From assembly GCA_002633005.1 (NCBI GenBank), contig NMRA01000326.1:214680-278679 (forward strand): a stretch of 64,000 bases of DNA, given 5' to 3'. Numbering within the stretch: position 1 is the first letter of the stretch; each line of letters begins with the position of its first letter. The DNA comes from Phoronis australis. Lineage: Eukaryota > Animalia > Phoronida. Made by a program: the position numbers and the translations under genes. Shown here piece by piece: positions 12,863-26,655 of this stretch. A model generated the notes under the pieces. That model worked only from the letters and a program-made list of their open reading frames with translations, was not told the origin of the DNA and made no database searches.

Positions 12863-13117
12863 GTAATGTCTTTTTGATAGCGTCAATATGTTGTAGGCTA
12901 GTGACTTGGTATTAGAAAATATTTATGTGGTCGGTTGTGTAAAACAGTCCCAAATAAGAGCTCAATTATATTCTCTTAATATTCAGCTTATTTGTAGATT
13001 AGTGCGCCGAACACTGGTTGTCCTTCCTTCTGCTAGGCCAAGATTAAGCTTTGATGCACACCAGGAGTAAATTCTGCTTTAAATACTTTAATATACTACT
13101 AAAAATTTAAAGTAACT

Positions 13118-13570
13118 AGTTACTCTATCATGCAACGTGTCTCATATAAGGATCAAGTCTACATCTCACAAGAACAAGGGATTTTGTGATGCATCCTGAG
13201 TGATATTAGGACCAACTACTGGGTTCATCATAGATAGTTGATTTTCAAGCAAAATGTCTAATAACATAAGCAAGTCTCGAGTTAATAAGAAATAAGATCT
13301 TTGTTATGCGACGCTCCTAATATAAGGAGTAAGTCTGTAGTTCAAAATACACATTTACTCGGTGAAGTAACGTGTCCAATTTAAAGAGGAAATCTATAAC
13401 TCATAATAAACAATTACTTTTTCATGCAAGATGTCTAATAACAGAAGCAAGCATCGCGCTCATGATAAATAGTTACTTAGTGTTTTAATATAAAGAGCAA
13501 ATTTCAGGCTCGTAATCAATAGTTACTTAGTGGTATATGTATCTAATATAAGTAATCACTGTTTCATGCA
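13118..13570. repeat. degenerate ~59-bp minisatellite in gene B intron 4
   Basis: Roughly 8 units of ATGCAACGTGTCTAATATAAGGAGCAAGTCT...AGTTACT. Confidence 0.6.
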
Positions 13571-13676
13571 AGCGGCTACTTGACCTTTAATTTACGTCTC
13601 TCATTCTTCATTAAGTGGACGGAAACGATTTCATGGACGCGCCTATACAGTGCTATCCTTTACATCGCATAGCTTA

Positions 13677-13937
13677 ACCAGCAGACACCGAACCCGCGGT
13701 ATAAATCCCCAGACCGTTGCCCCTTACCTCTGCGAAATCACCGAAAATGGTGACAAAACTTCAAAGACATCGATCAAACACCATTTCCGAGAACCAATAC
13801 AGGTGTGCCTCTGATTCGTGAACCAGTTTGAAGCCAAGTCACAGGATATGAAGCATTTTCCGCCAAGTGCATGATCCTTTGGAGAACCTGTCTCTTGGTG
13901 TCTGGGTATTTACAGCGCGAATTTGGCGGCTACTGGG
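13677..13937. mobile_element. MITE with ~37-bp degenerate TIRs (CCAG.. termini)
   Basis: CCAGCAGACACCGAACCCGCGGTATAAATCCCCAGAC versus reverse complement of right end CCAGTAGCCGCCAAATTCGCGCTGTAAATACCCAGAC. Confidence 0.55.
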
Positions 13938-14213
13938 CAGGAACTAGGTTTAAGAGGACCGTATCTGGGATTTAGAGGCGTGGTCGTGGAATCGTTTCCG
14001 CGTCCTATGATTGGCTCTAAAATGGTAAGTACACATGGCTGCTGTCAGCGCTTGTGCTAATTTAATGAAACGGTGTACTGCATAAAAACCATAAAAGTAA
14101 ACGTAAAATTTTCCTTTGATATATCTCCAAATTTTAAACAAGTTCATCAACGAAATACATTGAATGTTATCTTCATATTTTGTGTACAATGCACACAGAC
14201 ATACCTGCGTTCA

Positions 14214-14266
14214 CGCGCGCGCACTCTTGCACACACACACACACACACACGCGCGCGCGCGCACGC
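14214..14266. repeat. compound (CG)n/(CA)n microsatellite
   Basis: Alternating purine-pyrimidine tract about 65 bp upstream of exon 5. Confidence 0.85.
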
Positions 14267-14330
14267 ATATATGTACACTCGGGGCACAAATAAACCCGTG
14301 AGTAATAAACCATACATTTCTGATTTACAG

Positions 14331-14384
14331 GCTCAAGCCGGATCTGTGTGGGCGACGAGTACGCATGCTACCGCCTTTCTACTC
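14331..14384 (+). CDS. DEG/ENaC gene B exon 5 (54 nt, thumb)
   Basis: tttacAG|...|GTAAGT; (G)SSRICVGDEYACYRLST supplies the two thumb cysteines missing between exons 4 and 6; phase 1-1. Confidence 0.88.
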
Positions 14385-15349
14385 GTAAGTACTCATGTTG
14401 CACTCGACTAGGCGAGGTACATGTAACCAGTGTCGGATTTAAACTTGGGGTGTCGTGTCACATCCACTGTCAAACCAGTCGTACGTGTAAATAAAGGGAT
14501 ACGCATTACAGAAGGTGGTACCTGACACTGTGACGGCTGGGTGCGTCACACTGGATATTGGACATACCTCAGACTCGTAGATAACTTTACTCCTTGACCA
14601 TTACCAACCAAGGTATGGTAACGGAAATAGAATCTTATCATAATAAAAACTATTACGAAACCATCGTTATCGGAGTAAAAGACCTAATGCGATTTCGGTT
14701 TATTAGCAAGCAAAGCACGGCGAAATGCATTTTTAAAAGTAAGCATACACATTTGTGTTAAACAAGCTTCTGACGATTCGAGCTGATTGATTTTTTAAAA
14801 TCGTTAACATTTTGGGTCAGATTAAATCTTTCGTTTATTGTTGTGGTGTTCTGTGGCTGCATTCCACCATTAAAAGTGTCTGGAATGTAACAGTCGTGAC
14901 ATCCGGAATGATGCTGAACACGTTTTCAGTTGGTTTCAACTGGTTACCTGCTGGTCTGATCGAATTCAACTCTAAGGTTTGCATGGGGGTAATCCAAAAA
15001 CTTGATTCGTCTGTCAGTGGCCAGTTCTGATGCACCATATTGTGTAGTAGCACTGAATTTTTACGTGGCTATTGGTCACCAGAAAAAATAATTTAGCTCA
15101 AGTTTGAGTAACAATCTCGTGGCTTATCTGACCACACCCAATGAAGGAAACCTGACAACTGACCATTTCCAAGCCTCGGCATAACCATGTATGTGTATAT
15201 ATATTTATCGGCGAGTCATTGTGTACAAATGCATCATAAACGTCACAGGGGACGCCTTGTTTCACAGAACAAGACGTCGCGATGCGTTCAAAATCTACAC
15301 AGTAACACTAGTGCAAGAACATGCTATAAACCATTCCAACTCTTTTCAG

Positions 15350-15509
15350 AAAATTACGCCAAAAATGCCAGTATCGAACGATCATGTAATTGCCGGATGC
15401 CGTGTCACCAAGTCGGTTACGATTACCGCTTATCGTCGGCTATGTTCCCTGGATTGCAGTACCGTAGTTATCTTGCGAATGCCCACAACCTATCATTAGA
15501 CTACGCCAG
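15350..15509 (+). CDS. DEG/ENaC gene B exon 6
   Basis: ttttcAG|; (Q)NYAKNASIERSCNCRMPCHQVGYDYRLSSAMFPGLQYRSYLANAHNLSLDYA(R)|GTAAGG; CxCxxPC motif; phase 1-2. Confidence 0.92.
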
Positions 15510-15559
15510 GTAAGGGGAACCATAGATTAATCTATGGGGTAACTCCAAGGGTGAATTAT

Positions 15560-15845
15560 CAAAACAGGAGGAAAGTGTAAAACTTAAGTGTTTAAAGGGA
15601 GAGATGGAATTGTAGAAGGGAAATAGGAGAGAGTAAGAGGAGGGGCAAAAACGGGAGAAAAGTGGGGAGATGCGGAATAACAAGGGGATGGGGGTGGGGT
15701 GAGAGTTAGAAAGAAAGGGTAAAAGGGAATGCCAGAAGGAAGAGGTTTGATGAAAGGAGTGGTAAAGTTATGGGAAGGTTGGATTATAGGAGTGGTAAAC
15801 AGCGGGAAAGATTCGACTATTGGACTAGTGAGGGGAGAGAAAGGA
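15560..15845. repeat. purine-rich low-complexity tract in gene B intron 6
   Basis: Strongly G/A-biased + strand with several G-runs. Confidence 0.7.
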
Positions 15846-15964
15846 CGTTTCGATTTTTACTGTCTTCGTTTTCTTTGCTTAAAAATAATCATTACAAATG
15901 TTAACTAGTTCTCAGATGTGGGTTGTTTAGCCAGCTCTTTGTTGATTGGTTAATTTAATTTTAG

Positions 15965-16056
15965 ACAAAATCTTGTCGTGGTCAGGCTATACTTCGAAAA
16001 ATTGAACTACCAACTGGTGGAACAAGTGTTAAGTTACGACGGGATGAACTTTTTTG
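15965..16056 (+). CDS. DEG/ENaC gene B exon 7
   Basis: ttttAG|; QNLVVVRLYFEKLNYQLVEQVLSYDGMNFF|GTAAGT; NL..YFExLNY..EQ..Y motif; phase 2-1. Confidence 0.92.
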
Positions 16057-17681
16057 GTAAGTGATGCACGAACTGAATCTTGGATTTATGGGCAATTTGT
16101 TTTTGTTAATTTCTTCCTATTCTCCGACTTACGGTTATCTCAAACCTTATTTATTGGCCTCCATTCTAACTCGTTTTAGAAACTCATAGCAAAATAACCC
16201 CTCGGTTGATTTTAATGAAACCTTTTTTAAATGAAAACTTCACCACTTACTTCAAAAAGGTGCTAGGAATTTTCGATTGGTTATTTCGTTTGATTTCCAT
16301 AGCAAATCAACTCGCAAAACGTAAGGTACTTTTTGCAAAAATAGAAATTGTAATCGTCCTTGTTACGTTACGCCAAAACTAGGCCTTTATATCAAACATA
16401 CTAAAGATTTACCGAAGCCGGGAAAAAGCTGATTATATGGAGAGACGTGAAAATCTCAAGGGGTTTGGTTAATTATTCGGTGAAATTTTGTTTTTGGTCA
16501 ATATAACCTATACACCCTTTAGCTACGTTCATTATTTCAACATTCACGCGCAATATCAACAGAATTTGCAGTGCGTAATTAACTTAATTATCACAAAAAT
16601 TTATTATCAGCCAAGACAATTCTCAACACAACCTAGGACCAATATCACTCCCAGATACAACGAATCCAACTCTGTCATGCTTCCGGAGCCAACACATTAA
16701 GTGGGTCAAGCTGTTGCATTGTTGTCCACTTTAAAGTCACAGTAGATCAACAGTTCATTGTTATACACACCAAGCGCCGGGAGATTGATATGAAACCCAA
16801 GTACGAAATGGATTACAGAAATCGAGTCGGCGGTTGAAGATCGTGGTGAGCATGAGATCGAAACAGCAAAATGACAAATTACCTATCAAATTAAGGAAAT
16901 TGGGTGAAGATTTATCTCTCTCCACAGCTTGCTGTGTCCGTGAACACAAAGTCACACAGGCGTGAGGAGACTCGCAGCATTCGTTAATTCTCAACGGTCG
17001 CATGCATACAGACACACAACTCCCTCAGGATCTAAACTACGTTTGGTCTTCGTTTTCCTCGGCATCTTTCTATCCTAAGTACACACGTCGTTGACTCAAT
17101 GTTATGGTGACGCGTGAATGAAAGGACTGAGGGTACATACTTATCCACTCTGTGCTTGGCGGGAGATTCGATTTGAGTCATCCCGGTAACCTTTGACTTC
17201 TGAAAAGTAGTAAACACATTTCCACAGAGTAGTGTGCGGTTCCAAGGTGATTCTGCTACACGGTATATATTTCGTATTTGAAGTTCCCCGAGAATGAAGA
17301 TAAGGTATTTTGTTTGACATGTGTGAAACACTGTAAAAATTACCAATTTTTGTGAACAAGGTTTAAGATATCCATCTAAAGCCCATGCCAAAGAACAGTC
17401 CTGTGTTGGCAAAAGCACATAACCACACTTGGAGATATCGCTATGCGTTACATGCTAAGCAAATGGTCATACCTTCGTCACGACTGTTTTTTTTTACGGA
17501 ACGCACTCCTTGTTTATCTCTTTTGCGTCGGTATTCTACCGAGCGACACCTATCGATTTTTATCAGCACTACGAAGAGAATCAAAGCGCTCAGGTTTCTA
17601 GTAAAGCTAGCTCCTAGTAGTTTTTGTTGTCTTCAAGTCTTGACGTAGACAAGAATAATCGTATTCTTTATTTCTTTTCAG

Positions 17682-17827
17682 CCGATTTAGGAGGAAACAG
17701 CGGGCTGTGTATCGGTGCCAGTTTGCTCACCCTTGCTGAATTAATTGAGCTTATCGGTGTTATCATATTCAATATGATTTTCCGGAGAAGAGAGAAGACG
17801 ACCCCTGAAAAGAACAATGCCAAGTAA
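17682..17827 (+). CDS. DEG/ENaC gene B exon 8 (TM2 + C-tail, stop)
   Basis: (A)DLGGNSGLCIGASLLTLAELIELIGVIIFNMIFRRREKTTPEKNNAK*; the eight exons sum to 1485 nt = 494 aa + stop in one frame. Confidence 0.93.
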
Positions 17828-18017
17828 TCGGCTTATACGAAGAAACAGCATGAACACACATTCCCTTTCAACCCACAGCTAGATTATATAAAAATCGTTC
17901 ATATAGGATATTTATCTATTCGGAAGAAGATCGAGCGACACGAGCAGAGTTGGTAGAAAAGATATATAGGCTACCAGCGTCAACTCTCATCTCTTGCTAA
18001 GAGGCACGAGTCATCAA

Positions 18018-19539
18018 CTACCTTTGTGAACATGTGTTACAAAGTCTCGGAAATAAATCAATGTTTTTCGAAGGCTTGACATTCACAGAAATCTGTTGTT
18101 CGCATGGAAATAATTTCGCGCCGTTGGTGTTCAAATGGCTCGTTTTCTTAAAAATCTGGCTGGAGTAGCGAGATTGAACAATATTCCGCTGTGCCATGGA
18201 TGTGGTTCTGGGTGGGTGGTGTTTCATAAGTTGTCGTGTTGCTCCTCTAAAGCGTAGGTCACGCTTGTTCGTTTTGCAGAATTTATAAGTTTTCATTTTT
18301 TTCTCCAGACTGTTTAAGCCAGGTTGTTGATGGCTAAAGAGCATTATTTTGCTTCAGCGAAGTGAATGAGAAGTGGTTTTTAGTATTTATTAATAGGCCA
18401 AAATCGGGTTTGGTAGCATCTAAAGCGTGCTGACAATTTTTATTCATTTCGAAATCTTCCAGGCCTGTTGGCTACGCCACTTAAAAACATGGAAGGCTGT
18501 AAACACTGAAAAATGATGTCTTGCGCCCTCTCAAATGTAACAAAAAAAAATTCAGAAAAAATAGTGTGCATATTTTGTGTGAACTTTATGGCGTCTATGG
18601 AAGGCACGGCGGCAACGTTGTTTTCGTGACAGAAGGTCCAATGTTCTTGAAAAGGCCGACTTCAACAACGTTCGTCCGCTGCTGATTAGCATAGTATCCA
18701 AGTTCAGACCTGCTGTCTGCACCACCTGAAGATATGGGAAAATGTTATATAGCATGGCTTGATAATGACACCTGATCTGGTGCGCTACATGTACATGTTG
18801 TAATCAGTTTTCATATTTGACACAGTCGCATTAGCGGCCAAAGTAAGTCTGAACTGCTGGTACCACACATCATTTTAAACGTAATAAAATGCAGAAGGTA
18901 TGTTTTGAGCGACAACCATCACCAAAACGTCGATCAAATTCACTTCTGTAATTGATCATTAACACATGAATGAAACACGGATAACATTTTGCTCAAAACA
19001 CTGAGCAAATGCCTTCTCAGGCACACGAAACCATCAATTTGGGTCAAATGACGAAACTTCAATCCTTGTAGCATGCTGAACCCGGAATTTTGTACCGGTG
19101 GTGATGCCAACACAGTCATTTAAACAATACAGGTTTATAACGTTCGCTTGGCATAGAATGTTCCACACCACGCATGCCAGCCAACTGTGCGTTTGTTTAC
19201 AGTGAACCTCAGTGGTTGCAACAGATACGTTATAAGTAGACTCTAAGAAAGTTTGCGCTATTGTAGTTCGTCTGACGTGAGTGCTAAGCCTAATCGTGTT
19301 TTACAAAATATTTTGGCAAAATCGGAAAATAAATCAGAATCTAACACAGTATATAGACTAACGATATGACAATGTTTCGTATGCATTACTGGTGGTTTAT
19401 TCCTTGCAACCTTTTCTTTGAAGAGCTGTAGAGAGAATGCATCTTTCAGCAGCTCAGCGCATCGTATAATCAGAACGCGTACAGTATTCATTGCGGTCGC
19501 TTTGTTGCTATCCTTCACAAGCGACGCCATCTTTAGCAT
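18018..19539 (-). pseudogene. degenerate coding-like remnant, probably a DNA-transposon protein
   Basis: Several same-strand ORF fragments (19258-19539, 18552-18755, 18018-18344) with HAWCGTFYAKR, EVSSFDP and DLL-AANA-like motifs; family not securely recognised. Confidence 0.3.
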
Positions 19540-21104
19540 TAGCCAGGTAAAGAATGCAAACGCGTCCTAGTCTCTCAGTAACGTTTTACACTTGCGACAT
19601 ATAGCGAGCTCACTAGCTATGGCATTTGGCGTATTTTGATTCAAAATAGATCACAAACTAGTTCTTATATCGGCGTCGTCCGCACCTTTTACTCCTTGGA
19701 ACAATATTTGACACAACAAATTATGCGCTGAAAATTGATAAAGTTAGTAATGAATTAGGAAAGATTCATGTAATATGAAAATGATACATTAAAACCTTTA
19801 TTTCATATTACATGTTTGAGACAACCCTACTAAATTCAGTTTTATAGCCTGGTAATTTAATACTGACACTAATTCGTGAGTGTAAAAAGTCATTGAGTGA
19901 CAGGGTCGGGTTTGCAGTATGAATCGAGTGGCAGCTACACCTACGCGTCAGCGAAAGGAGATGTTCCATGAGGACACGGGGACTGCTGTTGATGGGAAGG
20001 GGCACACCATCATTCCTCTGCTGCTGGAACATGATACCCCTTGCTACGCCCGTTGATTTTGTCATATTTTTATTCCATTTAAATACGTGTTATTTAGCAA
20101 TTGACTCCTATTTTTCATTTTTGTTTCACGGAAAGACAAAAGTTTAGTTAAAATTCATTTTCAGATGCACAAAATTTATTTTAACATTTTTTAAACTTTA
20201 TCAAAAACTGTGTTTGCCGAAAACCAATTTAAAGTGATTGATTACTTTTGTCCATTACCAAATCAAAGGGACATTACTAATTGTGACTTTAAATCTATTG
20301 ACTCACTTGGTATCTGTTTTTACATTACAAATCACTGGTTTTCTATTTTTTGTCCCAATTGCCTAAAATGGCAACTAGTAAATGATTGACTGGGTGCTAT
20401 TTTTGACTCTAGGCACGTGCCACAGTTACTGGATACACTTGTGCATCCCTATAAAACAGATCTAGTAATGCACATTAAAATATATGTAGGTGGCCTAATG
20501 GGTCTATTGTATCCTTAGGCCTACTCCATGTGAGTATCCCTCTGGGCGATCCCCTTGAGAAAAGTCACCAATATTTGATTTTCGTGGTAGAAAAAAACAA
20601 TCAAGTTACATAGTAACAATAATGCTTACCAAACAGTGCAAGAACAAAACAAATCTAATGTTTTCCCAGATATTTGCATGCGTATTTCACGCGACTTCTC
20701 TGACATGAGCGTTAATCACCAACACTTGGGGTTTACATTTACTTCATTTTCACCACTATAAATTATTATTTCTAATCTTGCAGATAGTAATTTAAGACCA
20801 TTCTCTTGATTTTTTACCCAAGATTATCTGATTTCTTAAGACAGCTGACTGAAAAGTCGTCGGGAATTTTCTACTTATTACCCGTGTCAGCTGCACTAGC
20901 AGAAGCCATTTTCTTCTTGGCTTGTGATGCATGACAACAATACTAATTTACTGTAGCCGCGCCAGCACGCAGGTGTCACTTAATTTTCCTTGGTATTTTT
21001 TTTACACCGGCGTTTCTGATAGGCTAGTCGAATTCGCAACAGGCAGCGCTTTAAGCAAAAAACTGGCACGACTGATGGACTGAAGTGTAAATGTGGTCTG
21101 TTGT

Positions 21105-21250
21105 CAGTGGCGGATCTAGGATATCACACGGGGGGGCCAACATTTTGTCCGGCTGTAAGCATTTGCGGAAACCACGATTGTAGTTGCGCGTAGCACCGAA
21201 GAGGGGAGGTCGGGGGGGGGGGGGGGTTGCCCCCCCTCTCGCCAAGGAAA
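21105..21250. mobile_element. one end of a CAGTGGCGGATCTAGG-type MITE
   Basis: Same terminus as the 5-bp-TSD MITEs; other end not found. Confidence 0.55.
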
Positions 21251-21349
21251 TTTTTCATTTTCTTCCTTCAAAAATCAAGCATTTTCCTTGATTCCTGAAG
21301 AATTATTCAAGAAAATAGAAACACGAAGAACATATCAAAACAGAAAAAA

Positions 21350-21423
21350 ACGCACGTACTAGAGACTCGAACTCGCGACCTGGCGGTTAGCGCGCGCGTG
21401 CATTACCAATACACCACCAGGAC
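21350..21423 (-). mobile_element. tRNA-derived SINE head
   Basis: Minus strand GTCCTGGTGGTGTATTGGTAATG...GAGTTCGAGTCTC: A box and B box at tRNA spacing, no proper acceptor stem. Confidence 0.65.
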
Positions 21424-24078
21424 TTATATGCTAAAACAATATTAAGAGACCTGCTTGTTTATGATCCATTGCGTTTGCGCGCGAAACCTACTTCTTTTTG
21501 TAATGTTTATTACACGTTTTATATTTTGTGCAATTGGTTCTTAACAAATTTGTTGTATTTAAAATACTCTTCAAATGCCCAAAACACCAAATCCGTTTTT
21601 CGTGTTAGAAATAATGACGGGTTGCTTAAGAAATCGTCTTTTAAGACTTAAAAGTCAGTTTGACAAAGAGAGAATTATGAGTTTCTGAGTGATTCACTAA
21701 GGCTTCGATTTAAATTCACATCTTACCAGCAGATTCTGTTTTTTCATAGTCACTCAGGTTCCATTTTCTTTAAAAAATGAAGTAAATTTTCTTCATTGTA
21801 CAATGAAGCAGGCGACGGAAACGGAGTCGTAGTGCGCAGCGCCACTGCCGGTCGCCTGGGATATCGCGGGAGAGGAATACTTCCGTTACGAATAAGCCGC
21901 GTTCCGAATTTGACGCTTGAAATTGGATCTGAGCCCCACCCACCCCAACCCTAAAACTGCACACATTTAAATCTTGTTTCATCCGTATAATTTTAATTAT
22001 CGGGGTTAATTAATAAACTCAACATTTCCCTACNGTTCGCCAGCTTGAGTGGCTCGGCCGTTGCTAGGCTGGATACTACCGGGTTCATGAACTCGGTTTA
22101 TTTACGAGTTTTCAGGGCCTCCACTGGGGGCGCCAGTATGCTTGTGACGTCAGTGGACAAAAGGGGAATTGGCCAACATTCACCATTCTGCGCTAAGCAC
22201 GCAGGGAACCAGCGAGACGATGTGGTTCCACTTCCTGTGGTGGGCTCAGTATACATAAAAGTGGAATCGGGGCAGTAATGAAATACGGAATGCATGCATA
22301 CAAATTAAGTGAACTTGTTCCGTCTATGATAGAACTGGTCAAAAGAATTTTTTTGTTTTTTTTTAAATCGGAAAGGCCAACGAAATTACAAGAAGGCAGC
22401 TGAGAAAGTGTGCTGTGGTATACCCTGACAATTCTAGAAACTTTCTACAGGAGACAGGGTGCCACTCGGGATGACCGCTATAGTCCCTCACCACGGCGTT
22501 CGGAAGGATTAATACTACCTTTTGTTCGCAATGACCAGTATCTCAGAATCTTGTGTGTATACATGTACGACTTCTCTCGCTATACGTTAAAAGTCAGCGA
22601 CATACCCAGTCCGCTATGTGCTAATTGGAATGGCAGTTATCTCACATTCTCTCGCCATCCGTAGAGAATGAGTCTAATACAGATACTGGGGCGGATTCAG
22701 GAATTTGATTTAGGGGCCTATTAGAGTCACATATTCATTCAAGTGAACATAACATAAACCCACGTTAGTATCTCTGAATATATGAGAGTGTGTAAACTGT
22801 ATGCATACGGAGCAACAGAACTACTCAAATAACCACTAAGAACTTAGGGTTCACAACAAATTAGCGACCCCACCTCGTAGCCACAGCTGCGTCTCAAACG
22901 TTGACGTGACACTAAGGAAGCTCAAGAAGTGGCGCGGACTTGGTGGTAACCCGAATCTTCTGACCACCACGAGATTAAAGGAATCGCCGCGACTGGCGGA
23001 AGGGTTTGTGACAACTTGGTATTGTCCCCTGCAGGCAAAAATGAAACAAGCAAATTTCAAGTGACCAAACTGTAGTGAACGAATTTTGAGCATGCTCCCA
23101 ATTTAACAACATTATTTGTTATGGGTCGCGAGTAGCGGTACGTGTCTCTACCCAATCTCGACACCAGCGAATCTGTAAAGGGCGTCACGCTTACTTAAGA
23201 TTTTCAATTTAAATTGAATTTTTGCATGCATCTAGTTAAAATTGAATATATTGATTTCATCTTCAAGTGATTTTTCTTCACGTGAGTACACTGTTGGACG
23301 GTTTTGATAGATCTGACACGCGTTTGTACAGTAGCTTACGCTGTGCGGTAATTAGTGACTTCCACTCCATTCAAGCTGTGTTCCTAATGGAAAATATTTG
23401 TTTTGCTTGAGCATTGCCTCTACCCCATCCACCTATATTGATTTATGTAGGATGACGGAATTAATATTTGAATCATTAACACTGTGAACAGTGAGTTTTC
23501 TCTTTGTTTTTAAGAGAAAGCTTAAAGAGGATGTAGATATATAAATTAGATACTGAAACAGTACAGGCACACTAGTTGGTGTGTCTAACGTTCAGACTGG
23601 CAACAGGTAGGTCCGAGGTGCATGCTTATTGTGTTTCTCAGTTTCATCATGCGGTGTAAAAGCTTTCACTGTCCGCTTTCTGTAGTAACATAACAGTCGT
23701 AAAATGTGTTCTAATGTCTCTTGTTCACGATATCCCACACTACATGCATCACTTAAACTTATTTTTATTTTATGAAGAAATGAGCATATTTCTAAAGTTA
23801 TATAGAAGATCCTACCCTGCAGCCAATGTATATTTCAACGTAGGCAACACGTAGCCCCTCGGTTGGCCGGTTAAGGACTACAATACTTCCCATCGCTTTA
23901 TGTACGCATTTCGTTCCATGTATTTTAAACGGGCGATAGGCCAGATGAGTTTCCACCTCCTCAAAATACATTCCATACTTAAAATTATCATTTAAAAAGC
24001 ACGTACTTTCTTCATTGGTCCTTTCTACTTCTATACATATGTTCAATGAAGTTTAGTTGTGAGAATTAAGGTGACTTT

Positions 24079-24346
24079 CAGGGGCGGATCCAGGATAATA
24101 ACCAGAATTTTGGCAGATGGGCGCGCGCAGCCTGAAATGTAGGGTGCAGGGGTCTCGAATTTTTGGGTTTGCGGGCCTTTTAACTAAAAAAAACAGTGAA
24201 CGGTGCATTGTTTATTCACCCCCCGAGCCACCCTGGTTGCGCTCTTGTGCTAGTCAGCGATTCGCACCCAAACTGCCAAATGGTATCTCGTAGAATTTTA
24301 GGGGGGGGGGGCACGGCCCCCTTGCCCCCCCCTTAATCCGCCACTG
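24079..24346. mobile_element. MITE with 5-bp TSD (hAT5-like), subfamily B
   Basis: CAGGGGCGGATCCAGG...CTTAATCCGCCACTG; TSD ACTTT both sides. Confidence 0.8.
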
Positions 24347-26655
24347 ACTTTGACAAGAATTAGAACCCAACTTTTTTGGTTGCCATTAACTTTTTCACCG
24401 TGCGCGCGATAACCACAAACTACGTCAACTGAGTCACGTGAGTTAGGCAAAGACTAGCGCGAGACTGAGCGAAGTGCGTGACGCTAGCGCGTGACACTTG
24501 CAAAATAGCATGAGAAGGTATCAGGTGAAATATGTAAGATTTGTGTCCCTTGGACTTTTTATTCGTCAAGATGCGTGATTTCACGTAACTTCCTCAAAAT
24601 GGCAACCAATAAGAGAAACTCGAGCAAACCGCGACATAATTTCTTCGATTTGTTCAAATTATTGTGACTGACTCGTCTCCAGACTTATGGTATGAGGTGT
24701 TTATAACTCCATGTGCATATATGCATGTTTCATTTGATTTTAATTCCTGTATTTTGAAATGAGTAACTTTTTGTGGGATGTACTATCGCCCTTGTATGCC
24801 AGCGGCATCCAGGACGATGTAATTGCCTAATTTCAACGCTGCAGATAAAAGATGTTTGGTCATTTTTATCTATCAGAAGCTTCTTACCTCAGTGCAAATT
24901 TCGGATAGGTAGTTGGAGTAATTAAAATATCAGTTTTTGTAAACGCCACTGCATCCTTGATTTTCACAAAAAATATTATTGCATGACACTGCCCAAAAGG
25001 TCCAATTAATATGTAAAGATGTCTAATTTTGGATTAATGCTTTAACAGCTTTCAATCTTTTGAATAATTGAAACTATTTCCCTGTTGGATTAATTAGCCA
25101 TTTATACAGCTTCTTTAGTCCATTTCCTGTTTATGTTATTATTACGTCCTTAACATTGCACAAAATTAGCTGACAAGAAGGGTTTCATTATTACACCGTT
25201 ATTTTTCGCGTTTTGTAACACTCTTGGTTTTTAGAATTAAAAAAATATTCTAAACATGTTAAGCATGCAATTAAATGATAATTACTTATGAAGTGAATTG
25301 TTTATATTTTGTTTCTGTTCTAACAAACACCTTCAAGAGTTGACGAAGGGCTTTCCAATAATACGACTTTGGTGAAATTCTATTGAAAAACTGCGGAGTT
25401 GGCAAAATTCTTAGTGACCACAAAAAGGTGACACTTTTCCCAAAGGCATAGTGATAAAATATATATTTGTAATTTATCCTAGGCGCATGATTTTGGTATC
25501 ATATTAGAGCCCAGGGCCCGGTCTCCAATCTCCGTACTCAAACTAATACTCATACTGGAGATTTCATACTTAAAATTGTGCTCACTGGAGTCGTACTCAA
25601 AAAAGCGTAACTAATGTCGCATTTCGAGTTGACTCCAAACGTACTCAAATCTGACACTAATACTCGAGTTGCTATGGAACTCTTTATGATGTGAAATGCA
25701 AAACCACGCAAAGTCGCGCTGATTCATCGCTCCCTATTGGCATAGACCACCCCAGCAACAACATTATCGTCTGTTGTCATTACAACTACTAGGGTAGGCA
25801 TATGACGTGGAATTCTGTGTGTTCTGTAACTGTTATTCATTTTTTTCAGTTTCAATACAATGTTCTTATACCATTGATACATTTGACAATTATTAAGCTT
25901 GGTGAACTCTGAATGCCTGCACATGTATTGTTTTTTAAGTCACGCGCCAAATATCAACTAACTTGATACATCCCGGTAAAATACAAAGATACAGTATCAA
26001 AGTTTTGACATCAGCGTAGGCCTACACAGCAATGGGTTCTATATCAATACTAAATTAGCAAGAGAGAACAGGGGTTCTTTGATGTGATAAGCTGTTACAA
26101 ATTTCTTAAAGAGATTGGTTCACAGCAATTTGGTTTAGTTAACATGTAAACCCATGTGTTGACTGTTAATAAAGTTTGCTTATAAACCATATTTCTTTTT
26201 ATTTCATACCCCATATTTTTCAATTATTCGTTTAAAACACGCTCCCACTTCCCCACAAAATTTTGAGAACAGAAAATTTTGAACTTCGGCTATCTTCGGA
26301 AACACGTCACATCAGGAACACATCAGGAATTCCTGAGCCGATCACTGCCGAGTCTCAGACAGTGGCCATAGATTTGTACTCTTGGCTGGGACTATCTGGC
26401 ACAAATGGACTCTTTGTGTTTGTTAGAATCTTTATTATGCAACTTTTGCCCATTAATTCTCTGAAATGCGACACATATGCAAATGGTCATTTGTGTTGAC
26501 ATAAACATTTTACAATAGTTAGTAGGGACTTGACCTGATCATTGCCGAGTCAGCCTGACCGAGTCCACAGTGTCCACTGCTGTGTGCTAAGAGGAGTACT
26601 TTTTTAAATGTAGACGGATTTTTAGATTTAAACTGGAGTAAGTATTTGAAGAAGA

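Noticed and set aside
21350-21423. Functional tRNA gene
   Set aside because: A and B boxes are present but the acceptor and anticodon stems do not pair; treated as a SINE head (same for 3478-3532 and 30700-30765)
22040-22280. Promoter-like GC-rich patch (TGACGTCA, CACTTCCTG, CCACTGGGGGCGCC)
   Set aside because: No associated gene, adjacent to an assembly N, and such motif clusters are common inside TE fragments
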